NCBI GenBank assembly: GCA_963730035.1
Contig: CAVSPN010000002.1
Span: forward strand, 2,625,520-2,689,519
DNA from: an uncultured Actinomycetota bacterium
Lineage (GTDB): Bacteria; Actinomycetota; Actinomycetes; Propionibacteriales; Nocardioidaceae
DNA length: 64,000 nucleotides
Direction: 5' to 3'
A program made the translations under genes and the position numbers. Shown one piece after another: positions 29,009 to 39,448 of this stretch. Within the stretch, counting starts at the first letter, position 1, and the number at the start of each line of letters is the position of its first letter. Under the pieces are notes generated by a model. The model was not told the DNA's origin. It worked only from the letters and a program-made list of their open reading frames with translations, and ran no database searches.

Positions 29009-30283
29009 GAGGGCAGGAGCCGAGCGCAGCACCAGTCGGACCAGCACGGCGGCGAGGAAGAGCGTCCCGGCGATGGTCGCTGCCATCGGCAGCGCCGACC
29101 CGGCCTCGCCGAGCCCGGTGAGCGGGGCGATGACGGCGCCGACGCCGAACTGGGCGGCGCCCAGGAGCGCAGCTGCCGCACCGGCACGCTCGCCGTGCTC
29201 GGACAGCGCGAGAGCCGTCGCGTTCGGCCCGCAGAGCGCGACCATCGCCAGCACGACCCAGAGCGGCACCAGGATGCCGAGGATCCCGCCGGCGCCGGTC
29301 ACGGCGTCGACGAGCAGCACGGCCCCGGCGAGGGCAGCCACGCCCAGCGCGGCGCTGAGGATCGTGCCGGGTGCGTGACGGCGCAGCAGCACCACGTTGA
29401 GCTGCGACGACGCGATGAGCCCGACTGCTCCGACACCGAACACGAGGCCGAAGGTCCGTGCGTCGAGCCCGAACCCGTCCTGCAGCACGAACGAGGCGCC
29501 GGAGACGTAGGCGAACACTGCGGCCATGGTGAGGCTCGCGACGAGCATGAGACCGACGAGGGTCGGGTCACGCAGGAGCACGCCATAGCCGTGCAGCGTC
29601 GAGCGGATGCCGGTCGCGGCGCGGCGCTCGGCCGGCAGGGTCTCCTTCAGCGCGAAGAAGCCGAGCCCGGCCAGCAGCGCGCCGAGCCCGGCGAGCACCA
29701 CGAACACCGTGCGCCAGTCCCCGACCTCGAGGACCGCGCTGCCCAGCGAGGGCGCCAGCACCGGGGCGAGCCCCATCACCATCACCAGCCGCGAGATGAC
29801 GGCCGCGGCCGCTGCCCCGGTGAAGAGGTCCCGGACGACGGCCATCGCGACGACGCTGGCCGCCGCCGCGCCGACGCCCTGCAGCACGCGGAGCACGTCG
29901 AGGACCAGGATCGACGGCGCCACGGCGCAGAGCAGCGAGCTGACCACGTGGAGCGCGATACCGAGGATCAGCGGCCGGCGGCGGCCGTAGATGTCGGTGA
30001 GCGGTCCGAGCACGAGCTGGCCCAGCCCGAGCCCGATCAGCATGCCGGTGAGCGTCAGCTGGACTGCTGACGGGCTCGCCGACAGGTCGCGGGTGAGGTC
30101 GGGGAGCGCGGGGAGGTAGAGGTCGATGCTCAGCGGCCCGAGCGCGATGAGCGCGCCCAGCAGGAGCACCACGCGCCACGGTCTCGTCGGCGCCACGGGC
30201 GCCACGGGCGCCACGGGCGCCACGGGCGCTGCGGGCGCTGCGAGCGGTGGTACGAGCTGCGGTGGTGCGGCGGTCACGGTCAT
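28979..30283 (-). CDS. MFS transporter (Bcr/CflA-type drug efflux-like)
   Basis: ATG at 30283, 434 aa, about 12 TM segments. LGPLTDIYGRRRP motif A. The N-terminus carries (APV)4 from a 9-bp repeat at about 30189-30224. Confidence 0.85.
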   Translation of the reverse strand: MTVTAAPPQLVPPLAAPAAPVAPVAPVAPVAPTRPWRVVLLLGALIALGPLSIDLYLPALPDLTRDLSASPSAVQLTLTGMLIGLGLGQLVLGPLTDIYGRRRPLILGIALHVVSSLLCAVAPSILVLDVLRVLQGVGAAAASVVAMAVVRDLFTGAAAAAVISRLVMVMGLAPVLAPSLGSAVLEVGDWRTVFVVLAGLGALLAGLGFFALKETLPAERRAATGIRSTLHGYGVLLRDPTLVGLMLVASLTMAAVFAYVSGASFVLQDGFGLDARTFGLVFGVGAVGLIASSQLNVVLLRRHAPGTILSAALGVAALAGAVLLVDAVTGAGGILGILVPLWVVLAMVALCGPNATALALSEHGERAGAAAALLGAAQFGVGAVIAPLTGLGEAGSALPMAATIAGTLFLAAVLVRLVLRSAPALATATATATA

Positions 30284-30475
30284 GTCCTCCCGAGCGCGCC
30301 ACGACGATTGACGCACGGATGCCGACAACCGGCACCGTGCCCCGACTGTTCCGCTTCGGGACGTTGGCCCCGTCACACCTCCAGAGGCGGGTTGTCGGGT
30401 CGCACCCACTGCTCGGCTCTCCACAGGGCGGCTCTCGACCTGGCGCCCGGCGACGCGGATCACTAGAATGCGAAC

Positions 30476-32086
30476 ATGCGTTCGACTCCCCTGGCGCCGG
30501 CGATCCCGCCTCCTGCGCGGGACCCGGAGGTGCCGGTCGAGGTGCTCGGGCAGGACGCGGCGGCGACGTTGCGCGTCGTGGTCGAGCAGCGGCGGCTGCA
30601 GGACGCGGCGGCGGCGCGGGAGCTCGCGGCAGTGGCGCACTGGGCGGAGCTGCACCGGGTCGACACCCGCACCGAGGTGGGCGCGGTCGACCTGGAGGGG
30701 TGGCGCCTGCTGGAGGACCGGCTGGCCCACGACCCGACTGCGACGACCGTGGCCGCGACGACCGGGTTGCTCGGGCGGGAGGGAGAGCTGCGGTTGGCGG
30801 GGGAGGGCGCGTTCACGGTCGCCGAGTTCGCCGTCACCGAACTCGCCGCCGCGCTGGGGCTGAGCGAGCCGGCGGCGCGGGAGTACGTGGGGCAGGCGGT
30901 GGAGCTCCGCGACCGGTTGCCGCGGTGCTGGGACCAGGTGATGGCCGGCCGGCTGCCGGCGTGGAAGGCGCGGCGGATCGCGCGGGAGACGATCCCGCTC
31001 ACCGGCGACGCGGCGTCCTACGTCGACGCCCAGCTGGCGCCGTTCGCGGCGCGGTTGTCGGTGACCCGGATCCTGCGGGCCGTCGGCGCCGGGATCCTCC
31101 GCCACGACCCCGAGTCCGCGGCACAGCGGGCGCGCGACGCGGCCGAGCACCGCGGCGTCTGGCTGGATGACGGGCTGGACGGCACCACCCGGATCGAAGC
31201 GGTCACCGGCACCCCCGACGCTGCCGCGTTCGACACCGCCGTGGGTGACGTCGCGGCGACGCTGGCTGCGCTCGGCGATGCCGACCAGCTCCAGGTCCGC
31301 CGTGCGAAGGCGGTCGGTGTGCTCGCCGACCCGCAGTACGCCCTGGACCTGGTCGCCACGGTCGAGCTCGCCGCGACCAGCGACGGGCCGGCGGCGCTGC
31401 CGACCCGGAGCAGCACCGGCCGACCCGCTGCGCGGCCGGGTCCGGTGCTCCACGTCCACCTCCACACCACAGCCGCAGACGTCGGCACTCGCGACGCCGA
31501 GCCGGTCGAGCCGGTGGCGCGGGTCTGCGGAGGCGGGGCCACGACGGGCGCCCGGCCGACGACCGCGGTGGTGCAGTGGCTCCGTGACCTCACCCCGGGC
31601 GCCACCGTCCGGGTGACCCCGGTGGTGGACCTGACCCGGCGGTACGCGGTCAACGCCTACGAGGTCCCCGACCGGCTCCGGGCCCAGGTCGAGCGCCGCG
31701 ACGACGGCTGCCGGTTCCCCTGGTGCGGCCGCGCCGGCGCCTACGACGTCGACCACGTCGACCGCTACCGGTTCACCGATCCCGAGCGACCAGGAGGACC
31801 GGCGCCGCCGGGGCAGACCGCCAGCGACAACCTCGCCCGGCTCTGCCGCTACCACCACCGCGTCAAGACCCACACCGACTGGGACTACCGACGCGCACCC
31901 ACAGGCGTCCTCGTCTGGACCTCGCCGCTCGGCGCCACCTACCTCGTCGACGAGACCGGCACCTACCCCCGGGACGGGGACTCGCGGGGCGTCCGCAACG
32001 TCCATGCTCCGCGAAGGACGAGCGACTCCCCGTCATCGCTACCTTCGCCGCCACCCGTCGATCGACCCGGTGTTCTCACCGCCTAG
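30476..32086 (+). CDS. DUF222 / HNH endonuclease domain protein (second paralog)
   Basis: DUF222-like helical N-domain. HNH region CRFPWCGR...DVDH...LCRYHHRVK. TAGAAT sits 8 nt upstream of the ATG, so the transcript may be leaderless. Confidence 0.8.
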   Translation: MRSTPLAPAIPPPARDPEVPVEVLGQDAAATLRVVVEQRRLQDAAAARELAAVAHWAELHRVDTRTEVGAVDLEGWRLLEDRLAHDPTATTVAATTGLLGREGELRLAGEGAFTVAEFAVTELAAALGLSEPAAREYVGQAVELRDRLPRCWDQVMAGRLPAWKARRIARETIPLTGDAASYVDAQLAPFAARLSVTRILRAVGAGILRHDPESAAQRARDAAEHRGVWLDDGLDGTTRIEAVTGTPDAAAFDTAVGDVAATLAALGDADQLQVRRAKAVGVLADPQYALDLVATVELAATSDGPAALPTRSSTGRPAARPGPVLHVHLHTTAADVGTRDAEPVEPVARVCGGGATTGARPTTAVVQWLRDLTPGATVRVTPVVDLTRRYAVNAYEVPDRLRAQVERRDDGCRFPWCGRAGAYDVDHVDRYRFTDPERPGGPAPPGQTASDNLARLCRYHHRVKTHTDWDYRRAPTGVLVWTSPLGATYLVDETGTYPRDGDSRGVRNVHAPRRTSDSPSSLPSPPPVDRPGVLTA

Positions 32087-33343
32087 ACGCCGCACGAAGA
32101 CGAAGCCGGCGCGTGCCCCCACCTGGGCCGCTCCAGTCATGACGATGCGGCTCCCGTCGAGCACCAGGCCGCCCGCTTGGGCGGTGTCGAATCGGGTGCG
32201 CACCTTGCCGTCGCCGGCGAAGCCCGAGTCGAGGCTCCCGTTCGGCTGGTAGCGCGCGATCGCGAAGTCGAAGAAGTCGATGTGACCCCCTGCCACGATC
32301 ATCCCGTCCGGCTGCACCGCCACGCCGGTGCAATAAGCCTCGCTGCCGGGTGGTCCTCCCCAGCTCGTGACCTGGCGACCGTCACCGGAGAACGTCGGGT
32401 CCAGATCCCCGTCGGGCTCGTAACGGACCAGGCCGAAGCGGGATCGGTTCGCCGATCGCAGGTGGCTCTGGCCGCAGACGAGGACCGAGCCGAACTGGTC
32501 GACCACCGCGTCGTTGGCCACCGAGAAGTCGCCCAACTTGGTCAACACGACGCCCCCCAGCCCGAACGTGGGGTCCAGGTCGCCGTCCGCCTCGTACCGC
32601 GCGACCGCAATGCGTTCGACGACACGCAGGCCCGCGATGCCGCCGGCGAGGACGAACGAGTCGCCCTCTCCACGGGCGATCGCATAGGCGGTCTCCGACC
32701 CCCGGCTGATCTTCGTGTTGACCACACCCCCGTCACCGAACGTGGTGTCCAGCGGCCCGTTCGGCAGAAATCTGGCCACCGCGAAGCCGAAGTTGCCCTG
32801 GCCGGCCACCAGGAGCTTGCCGTCCGGCAGCAGGATCACGTCGCGGGCGTCATCCAGCCGGCCAACGGCGTCCTCGACCACCCTTCCCCGGGTGCCGAAG
32901 CCGGGATCCAGCTCGCCGCTGGGCAGGTACCGCGCGAGACCGATCCCTGGGCCCACCTCGCCGACCGCGACAACCTTCCCGTCCGGCTGCACCACCACGG
33001 CGCGCGCCTCCCCGTCCGCGGGGACGTCGCCGATGGCGAACCCGGTCAGCACCACCCCGTCGCCGCCGAACGACGGGTCCAACGAGCCCTGCTCGTCCAC
33101 CTTGGCGAGGGCGAAGAACGACATGCCGTCGCGCTGCGTCACGTCGCCGGCTGCGACGTAACCTCCGCCCGGGTACGCCGCGAGCCCCGCGCCGAATCCC
33201 GCGGGCCGGGTGACGGCCACACCTCCGCTCCCGAAGGCGGGGTCGAGGTCTCCCGGCGCTGCAGCCGCTGGCGCGGCCGCTCCGGTCAAGAGCGCGATGG
33301 ACGCGGCAATCGCCGCGAGATGAAGAACCCGGCGTCCAGACAT
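32039..33343 (-). CDS. Secreted delta-60 repeat (beta-propeller-like) protein
   Basis: ATG at 33343 after a GGGAGG SD. Signal peptide MSGRRVLHLAAIAASIALLTGAAAPAAAAP. Seven repeats of the (D/S)LDP.FG.(G/D)G.V motif. Confidence 0.75.
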   Translation of the reverse strand: MSGRRVLHLAAIAASIALLTGAAAPAAAAPGDLDPAFGSGGVAVTRPAGFGAGLAAYPGGGYVAAGDVTQRDGMSFFALAKVDEQGSLDPSFGGDGVVLTGFAIGDVPADGEARAVVVQPDGKVVAVGEVGPGIGLARYLPSGELDPGFGTRGRVVEDAVGRLDDARDVILLPDGKLLVAGQGNFGFAVARFLPNGPLDTTFGDGGVVNTKISRGSETAYAIARGEGDSFVLAGGIAGLRVVERIAVARYEADGDLDPTFGLGGVVLTKLGDFSVANDAVVDQFGSVLVCGQSHLRSANRSRFGLVRYEPDGDLDPTFSGDGRQVTSWGGPPGSEAYCTGVAVQPDGMIVAGGHIDFFDFAIARYQPNGSLDSGFAGDGKVRTRFDTAQAGGLVLDGSRIVMTGAAQVGARAGFVFVRRLGGENTGSIDGWRRR

Positions 33344-33541
33344 GGGAATCGCCTCCCGCCCGATCCCGACGCTAGACCCATTCCGCTGCGGCGGCCAGAC
33401 CTGGTCGAGTCCGCACCAGGCCGGTTCCCGCGGGGCATGGCCGGACGCAGTGGACGCGCACGCTCCCGCGCGATGAACGCGGGGATCATGAGCCGCTCCG
33501 GGCCGGCCGGCGATCATCTTCAGACGCCTCGGCGATGCGGT

Positions 33542-33991
33542 TCAGCTGCTGAGGGCGACGGCCCTCCTCACCCGCTCCCGGTTGCGCTCCTCCATCGGCG
33601 GCAGGGCATCGAGCGGGAACCACCGGGCGTCGAGCGACTCGTCGTCGGCGGCGTAGGGCTCCCCAGCGAGCCAGCGGCACCGGTAGGTGAGGTCCAGGTA
33701 CTGCGAGACGTCGCCGTTCGGGTAGCGGATCGGCTCGGTGACGTTGACCCAGACCAGCCCGACGACCTCGCAGCTGACCCCTGCCTCCTCGAGCGCCTCC
33801 CGCACCACCGTCTGCTCAGGATGCTCGCCGGGGTCCACGATCCCGCTGACCGGTGCCCACTGACCGTTGTCGGAGCGCTGCACCAGGAGCACCTGCTCCT
33901 CGTGCAGCACGACCGCGCTGGCGCCGGGCAGCCAGAGGGGGTCGTGACCGACCCGCTCCCGGAGCCGGAGGACGAAGTCGGGCACGGGCAC
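33542..33991 (-). CDS. NUDIX hydrolase
   Basis: Nudix box GIVDPGEHPEQTVVREALEEAGV. GTG start at 33991. Confidence 0.85.
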   Translation of the reverse strand: MPVPDFVLRLRERVGHDPLWLPGASAVVLHEEQVLLVQRSDNGQWAPVSGIVDPGEHPEQTVVREALEEAGVSCEVVGLVWVNVTEPIRYPNGDVSQYLDLTYRCRWLAGEPYAADDESLDARWFPLDALPPMEERNRERVRRAVALSS

Positions 33992-34015
33992 AGGACCACG
34001 CTAACGGCGCAGCGC

Positions 34016-34385
34016 TCAACCGGGGACGGGACGACCCAACGCGCGCCAGAAGGCCGTCCGGACCCCGCTCGCGCCCAGGCGTCGGGCTCGATGACCTGGC
34101 AGCACCACAGCCGCCGGTCGCACCCCCGAGTGCTCCAGCCTCGGCAGCTGCTGGTCGAGCAGGGTCGCGTGGTCGCACCATCGGTGGCCAGCGGCAGGAA
34201 CGGCCCGCCGAGCTCCGACCCCCGCCACTGCGGGAAGTCGTCGTCGCGGTTGCGCGCGCGCAGGCTGCCCCCCCGCGGCCGGGACCGCCGGCGTCGTCGT
34301 CGATCGAGATCGAGTCACCGAGCGCGACGTACGCCGAGGGTCCGGCGCCGCCGGGGTCCGCGCGGTCGTCCACCCAGTCGCCCAC
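34016..34385 (-). pseudogene. SGNH/GDSL hydrolase remnant (frameshifted, truncated)
   Basis: YVALGDSISIDDDAGGPGRGG (block I), then LRARNRDDDFPQWRGSELGGPFLPLATDGATT, then TLLDQQLPRLEHSGVRPAAVV, in three different frames. One shift coincides with a C7 run at 34268-34274. Only about 120 codons remain before the next gene. Confidence 0.55.
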
Positions 34386-34466
34386 GCGGCCACCGTACGG
34401 CGGGATCGCGGGCGGCACTCTGCGCGGGAGGTGGCGGGGCCCGCAGGAGGGCGGTTGGATCAGGGG

Positions 34467-36551
34467 GTGACGCGCACCCTCCGCATCGGGATCGACACCG
34501 GCGGCACCTTCACCGACGTGGTGGCCTTCGACGAGGCCACCGGCCGGCTGGTGACGACCAAGACCCCGTCGACCCCCGCGGATCCCGCGGACGGCTTCAT
34601 GGCGGGCATCGACAAGGTCCTCGACCTCCTCGGGGTGCCGCGGGACGCAGCCGGCGAGCGGCTGGCGGCAGTCAGCCACGGCACCACGGTGGCGACCAAC
34701 CAGCTCCTCGAGGGCGACGTCGGGACCCTCGGGTTCCTCACCAACACCGGCTACGAGGCGATGCTGGAGATCGCCCGGCAGAGCGTCCCCGACGGCTACG
34801 GGAACTCCTACTTCTGGGTCAAGCCCGACCGGATCGTCCCGCGCCACCTCGTCCGCGGCGTCGAGGGGCGGCTCGACCACCATGGCCGGGAGGTGCGGCC
34901 CTTCGACGAGGATGGCGCCCGGCGTCAAGCGCGCTGGTTCCGCGACCGCGGCGTGGACACGCTCGCGGTCTGCTTCCTCCACGCCTACGCGAACCCCGAC
35001 CACGAGGAGCGGATGCGTGCGGTGCTCGGCGAGGAGCACCCCGACGCGGTCGTCTCGACCAGCAGCCAGGTGCTGCCGGAGTACCGCGAGTACGAGCGGG
35101 CGATGACCACCCTCGTCGACGCCGCGGTGAAGCCCCGGCTCTCGCGCTACGTTGCCGGGATCCGGACTCGGCTGCGGGCCGTTGCCGGTGACGTCCCGTT
35201 CTCGGTGATGAAGAGCAACGGGGGTGTCCTCAGCGCCGAGGAGGTCGTCCACCAGCCGATCACGACGGTCCTGTCCGGTCCGGCTGCCGGCGCGCTCGGG
35301 GCGGGGCTCATTGCAGCAACCGCGGGGTTCGACCGGGTGCTCACCTGCGACGGCGGCGGTACGTCGACCGACGTCAGCGTCGTCGTCGACGGCGAGCCGA
35401 CGCTCACCACCGAGGGGACGGTCGGCGCCTACCCGAGCGGCATCCCGATGATCGACGTCGTCACCGTGGGCGCCGGCGGCGGCTCGGTCGCCTGGCTCTC
35501 GCCGGAGGGGAGTCTCAAGGTCGGCCCCCGCTCGGCGGGCGCGGACCCCGGGCCCCTCTGCTACGGCCGCGGGGGCACCGAGGTGACGGTCACCGACGCC
35601 CACGTGGTGCTCGGCCGGATCCCGCCGCACCTGCTGGGCGGCGAGATCCCGCTCGACGTGGCCGCGGCGCGACGTGGTCTGGAGCGGCTCGCCGGCGACC
35701 TCGGGCTCACGGTGGAGCGCTGCGCCACCGGGGTGCTGGAGATCTCGGCGTGGAACCAGGCCAACGCGCTCCGGCAGGTCACCGTCGGCCGCGGCCTGGA
35801 CGTCCGCGACTTCACGCTCACCACCTTCGGCGGGTCCGGCTCGCTGCTCGCCTGCCGCCTCGCGGACGTCCTCGACCTCCCGACCGTGCTCGTGCCTCCG
35901 GACCCCGGCAACGTCTCGGCCTTCGGCCTCCTCACCGTCGACGTGCGCAACGACTACGTCCGTACCGCGGTCGCTCGGCACGCCGGGTTGCGCCCCGAGG
36001 CCGTCGAGCAGGTGTACGGCGAGCTGACGGCGCGGGCCGACGCTGCCCTGGCCAGCGAGGGGTTCGCCGCGGCGGACCGGCGCTTCCAGCGGACGGCGGA
36101 CCTGCGGTACGTCGGCCAGGCCTTCGAGGTCCGCGTCCCGGTCCCGGACCGACGGCTCGACGCCGCATTGCTCGACGAGGTCGCCGCCGCCTTCCACGCC
36201 GAGCACCGGGTGCTCTACGGCTACGACTTCGCCGGCGACCCGGCTCAGCACGTCGAGTGGGTCAACCTGCGGGTCACCGGCATCGGCCCGATCCGGCGGC
36301 CGCGCATCGCCGAGCGGCCACCGGCCGCCGCCGGGCCGCCGCCGGGACGCAGCCGGAGACCGGTCTGCTTCGACGCCGCGCAGGGGTACGTCGACACCCC
36401 GGTCCACTGGCGCCCCGACCTCGAGCCCGGGCATGTGCTCGACGGGCCGGCGGTCGTGGAGGAGTACGGCTCGACGCTCCCGCTCCACCCGGGGTTCTCG
36501 GCGCGCGTCGACGGGTTCGGCAACCTCGTGGTCCGGCGGGTCGCCTCGTGA
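34467..36551 (+). CDS. hyuA: Hydantoinase/oxoprolinase family protein, A subunit
   Basis: VTRTLRIGIDTGGTFTDVV N-terminus, 694 aa. The alternative GTG is at 34431. Confidence 0.85.
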   Translation: MTRTLRIGIDTGGTFTDVVAFDEATGRLVTTKTPSTPADPADGFMAGIDKVLDLLGVPRDAAGERLAAVSHGTTVATNQLLEGDVGTLGFLTNTGYEAMLEIARQSVPDGYGNSYFWVKPDRIVPRHLVRGVEGRLDHHGREVRPFDEDGARRQARWFRDRGVDTLAVCFLHAYANPDHEERMRAVLGEEHPDAVVSTSSQVLPEYREYERAMTTLVDAAVKPRLSRYVAGIRTRLRAVAGDVPFSVMKSNGGVLSAEEVVHQPITTVLSGPAAGALGAGLIAATAGFDRVLTCDGGGTSTDVSVVVDGEPTLTTEGTVGAYPSGIPMIDVVTVGAGGGSVAWLSPEGSLKVGPRSAGADPGPLCYGRGGTEVTVTDAHVVLGRIPPHLLGGEIPLDVAAARRGLERLAGDLGLTVERCATGVLEISAWNQANALRQVTVGRGLDVRDFTLTTFGGSGSLLACRLADVLDLPTVLVPPDPGNVSAFGLLTVDVRNDYVRTAVARHAGLRPEAVEQVYGELTARADAALASEGFAAADRRFQRTADLRYVGQAFEVRVPVPDRRLDAALLDEVAAAFHAEHRVLYGYDFAGDPAQHVEWVNLRVTGIGPIRRPRIAERPPAAAGPPPGRSRRPVCFDAAQGYVDTPVHWRPDLEPGHVLDGPAVVEEYGSTLPLHPGFSARVDGFGNLVVRRVAS

Positions 36552-38467
36552 GCGGCCGTCGGGTCCCCACGGACTTCCCCTTCGGGACGCTGACCGCCGA
36601 CGCCGGGGCGGGGGCGGACCCCGTGCTGGTCGAGATCGTGCAGGGGAGCCTCGCCTCGGTCGAGCGCGAGGTCGAGACCGCGATCGCCCGCACCAGCCGC
36701 AGCCCGATGATCCGCGACGCCCACGACTTCCGGGCCGGCATCCACGACCGGCTGCTGCGCAAGCTGACCGGACGGTCCTACTCCGCGCTGGTGCACCCGG
36801 TGGCCCGGGACTTCCCGCTCGCACAGATGCGCCCGGGCGACGTCTTCTTCCACAACGACGTCTACCGCTCCGAGGGCGGCATCGGCCACCTCCCGGACCT
36901 GTGCGTGACGGTCCCGGTGTTCGACGGGAACGGGGTCGTCGCCTTCGTCCAGGCCTTCGGTCACCACGACGACATCGGCGGCGCGGTGCCGGGCTCGATG
37001 CCCAGCGCCGCGACGTCGGTGTTCGAGGAGGGGCTGATGGTCCCGCCGATCCGGCTGTGGGACGCCGGGGTCCCCAACCGGGCGGCGCTGACGATCATGA
37101 CCCGCAACTCGCGGATGCCCGACTCGCTGGCCGCGGACCTCGACGCCGAGTGCTCGGCGTGCCTCATGGGCGCCCGGCGGCTCGGGGAGCTCTTCGACCG
37201 CTACGGCACCGCGACCGTCGAGGCCTGCTTCGACGCGGTCATCGACCGGACCACGCAGACCTACCGACGCGAGGTCCTGGGGCGGATCCCGGTCGGCAGC
37301 TGGGTCTGGGAGGACTACGCCGAGCACGACGGGGTGGAGCCGCCGCGGCTGCATCGGCAGCGCATCACCCTGACCCGCACCGGCCCGGAGGACCCCGACG
37401 GCGAGCGGCTCGTCGTCGACTTCGACGGCACCGGCCCCCAGGCGCGCGGACCGATCAACCACTGCGGCGACCACAGCGACGGCGTGTTCCTCAAGAAGTG
37501 GCTGGCGCCGATCCTCCGCAACCTCGCCGAGACCCCGGAACGGATGGCCGAGCTCGACGTCAACGAGGGGGTCGTGCCGCTTATCGAGATGCGCTTCCCG
37601 CCGCCCGGGACGCTGCTGACCCCGGTCTTCCCGGCGCCGACGAACGCCCGGACCTTCGTGATCCTGCGGCTGCTCGGCGTCCTCTCCGGGGTGCTGGCGA
37701 AGGCGGTCGACGGTCGGATGCCCGCCGACCAGGAGACGATCCGCTACACCGGGGTCTACGGGCAGGACGCCGAGGGCGAGCCCTACCTGATGCGCGAGGT
37801 GCTCGGCGGCGGCTCCGGCGGGCGACCGTACGCCGACGGGGAGGACACCATCCACGTCGTTCCCGACAGTCGCAACCTGCCCACGGAGTTCACCGAGGCG
37901 CGGTTCCCCTTCCTCGTCGAGCGGCTGTCGCTGGCGGTCGACTCCGGCGGGCCGGGGGAGCACCGCGGCGGCCTCGGCTACGAGAAGCACCTGCGGCTGC
38001 TCCGCGACGCGCACTTCATGTCGATCGCCGACCGGTCGATCCTCAGCTGCTGGGGCGTCCGCGGTGGCCGCGCCGGACGGCCGTTCGAGGTGGTGGTGGA
38101 CCCCGGCGGCCCCCGAGAGCGCGTCGTCGACGCGCTCGCGGACGCCGAGCCGGTCCGCGCCGGGGAGGTGGTCCGGATCCGCACGACCGGAGGCGGCGGC
38201 TGGGGCGATCCGCTGCGGCGCGACCCCGCGCTCGTGGTCCGCGACGTGCGGTGGCAGAAGGTCTCGGTCGCCGGCGCGCTGGCCGACTACGGCGTCGTCG
38301 TGACCGGGTCGGTCGAGGCCGACGACCTCGGCCACGACGCGGCGGCCACCGAGCAGCGGCGTACCGACCTGGCGGCGGCCCGGGAGGAGCAGCCGTTCTT
38401 CGACCGGGGCCCGGGCTACCAGCGGCTCAGCGGCGGGTCGCGGGCGGCGGAGGTCGACTGGCTCTGA
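36548..38467 (+). CDS. hyuB: Hydantoinase B/oxoprolinase family protein
   Basis: GTGA overlap with hyuA. DPVLVEIVQGSLASVEREVETAIARTSRSPMIRDAHDF is typical of the HyuB N-terminus. 639 aa. Confidence 0.85.
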   Translation: MSGRRVPTDFPFGTLTADAGAGADPVLVEIVQGSLASVEREVETAIARTSRSPMIRDAHDFRAGIHDRLLRKLTGRSYSALVHPVARDFPLAQMRPGDVFFHNDVYRSEGGIGHLPDLCVTVPVFDGNGVVAFVQAFGHHDDIGGAVPGSMPSAATSVFEEGLMVPPIRLWDAGVPNRAALTIMTRNSRMPDSLAADLDAECSACLMGARRLGELFDRYGTATVEACFDAVIDRTTQTYRREVLGRIPVGSWVWEDYAEHDGVEPPRLHRQRITLTRTGPEDPDGERLVVDFDGTGPQARGPINHCGDHSDGVFLKKWLAPILRNLAETPERMAELDVNEGVVPLIEMRFPPPGTLLTPVFPAPTNARTFVILRLLGVLSGVLAKAVDGRMPADQETIRYTGVYGQDAEGEPYLMREVLGGGSGGRPYADGEDTIHVVPDSRNLPTEFTEARFPFLVERLSLAVDSGGPGEHRGGLGYEKHLRLLRDAHFMSIADRSILSCWGVRGGRAGRPFEVVVDPGGPRERVVDALADAEPVRAGEVVRIRTTGGGGWGDPLRRDPALVVRDVRWQKVSVAGALADYGVVVTGSVEADDLGHDAAATEQRRTDLAAAREEQPFFDRGPGYQRLSGGSRAAEVDWL

Positions 38468-38564
38468 CCCGCAGCACCGGGACCACCGGGAGGCCCGCCC
38501 GGGACGGGTGTCACGCGGGGGGCGCTCACCGCGTCCACAAGGGTGACGGCGGTGAGGAGGGCGC

Positions 38565-38838
38565 GTGGAGGCCGAGACCGAGGCCGAGTTCATCGAGCTC
38601 GCGACCGCACGGGGGGCCGCGCTGTTCCGCACGGCGCTGCTGTTCGCCGGTGACTGGCACGCGGCCGAGGACCTGGTCCAGGAGACCCTCGGGAAGCTGT
38701 ACGTGCACTGGTCCAAGGTGCGCGGGCCGACGACCGGGCCGCGTACGCCCGATCCACCCTCGGCCACACCTTCCTCAGCAACCGCCGGAGGAGCAGCAGC
38801 GAACGCCCCCCGCGCCGACCCGGACCCGGGTGCGGTGA
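38565..38838 (+). pseudogene. ECF (SigE-like) sigma factor remnant: region 2 only, frameshifted
   Basis: GGTGAGGAGG SD then GTG at 38565. Region 2 reads FRTALLFAGDWHAAEDLVQETLGKLYVHWSKVR. The expected continuation ADDRAAYARSTLGHTFLSNRRR is in another frame from about 38722. No region 4 is visible in any frame before the next gene. Confidence 0.55.
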
Positions 38839-38841
38839 CCG

Positions 38842-39441
38842 ATGGCGACGCCGCGGCTCGGCTGCACGGGCACCGCCGTGCAGACCCGCTCACGGCGCGC
38901 GCTGGTGCGCCTGCCGGCTGTGTGGCTGGCGAGCGGTGCTGCTGCCGCCGCGGTCGTCGCCGCCACGGTCGCGGTGACCGCGCCGTGGGACGACGGCCCA
39001 GGACCGGGGACCACCCCGACCGGGCCGGCCGGGTCCACCGGCAGCTGCGGGCCGGCGTGCGAGGCGGTGCTGCCGACCTGGGCACGGACGGGGTTCAGCG
39101 AGCCCGACCCGATGATCGCCTACGTGAGGAGCGAGCACGGGCGCATCGTGGCCATCCTCTTCGGCCGGGTGCTGCACGCGCCGCCCGCCCAGGAGGTCAA
39201 CAACAAGATCCTCTGGGTGGCGAGGACCTCGAGCGCGGAGCCGCTGCGCATCGAGGCGCTCCGTGCGGGGGACGGCCGGCCCGTGCACCGCGAGGTCGCC
39301 GGCGGCCCCAGCCCTTCGATCATCGACCTGCCGCGAGCGGGGTGCTGGCACCTCACGCTGCGCTGGGGGGACGCCCCGGACCAGCGCGACACCATGACCC
39401 TGCCGTACGTCGACCCGCGGAAGGCGGCTCCCCAGCGGTGA
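38842..39441 (+). CDS. Membrane-anchored hypothetical protein (usual partner position downstream of the ECF sigma)
   Basis: 199-aa ORF with coding GC3 and one TM segment ([20 protein letters not shown]). The extracytoplasmic domain has no recognised motif. Confidence 0.5.
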   Translation: MATPRLGCTGTAVQTRSRRALVRLPAVWLASGAAAAAVVAATVAVTAPWDDGPGPGTTPTGPAGSTGSCGPACEAVLPTWARTGFSEPDPMIAYVRSEHGRIVAILFGRVLHAPPAQEVNNKILWVARTSSAEPLRIEALRAGDGRPVHREVAGGPSPSIIDLPRAGCWHLTLRWGDAPDQRDTMTLPYVDPRKAAPQR

Positions 39442-39448
39442 CGGAGGG

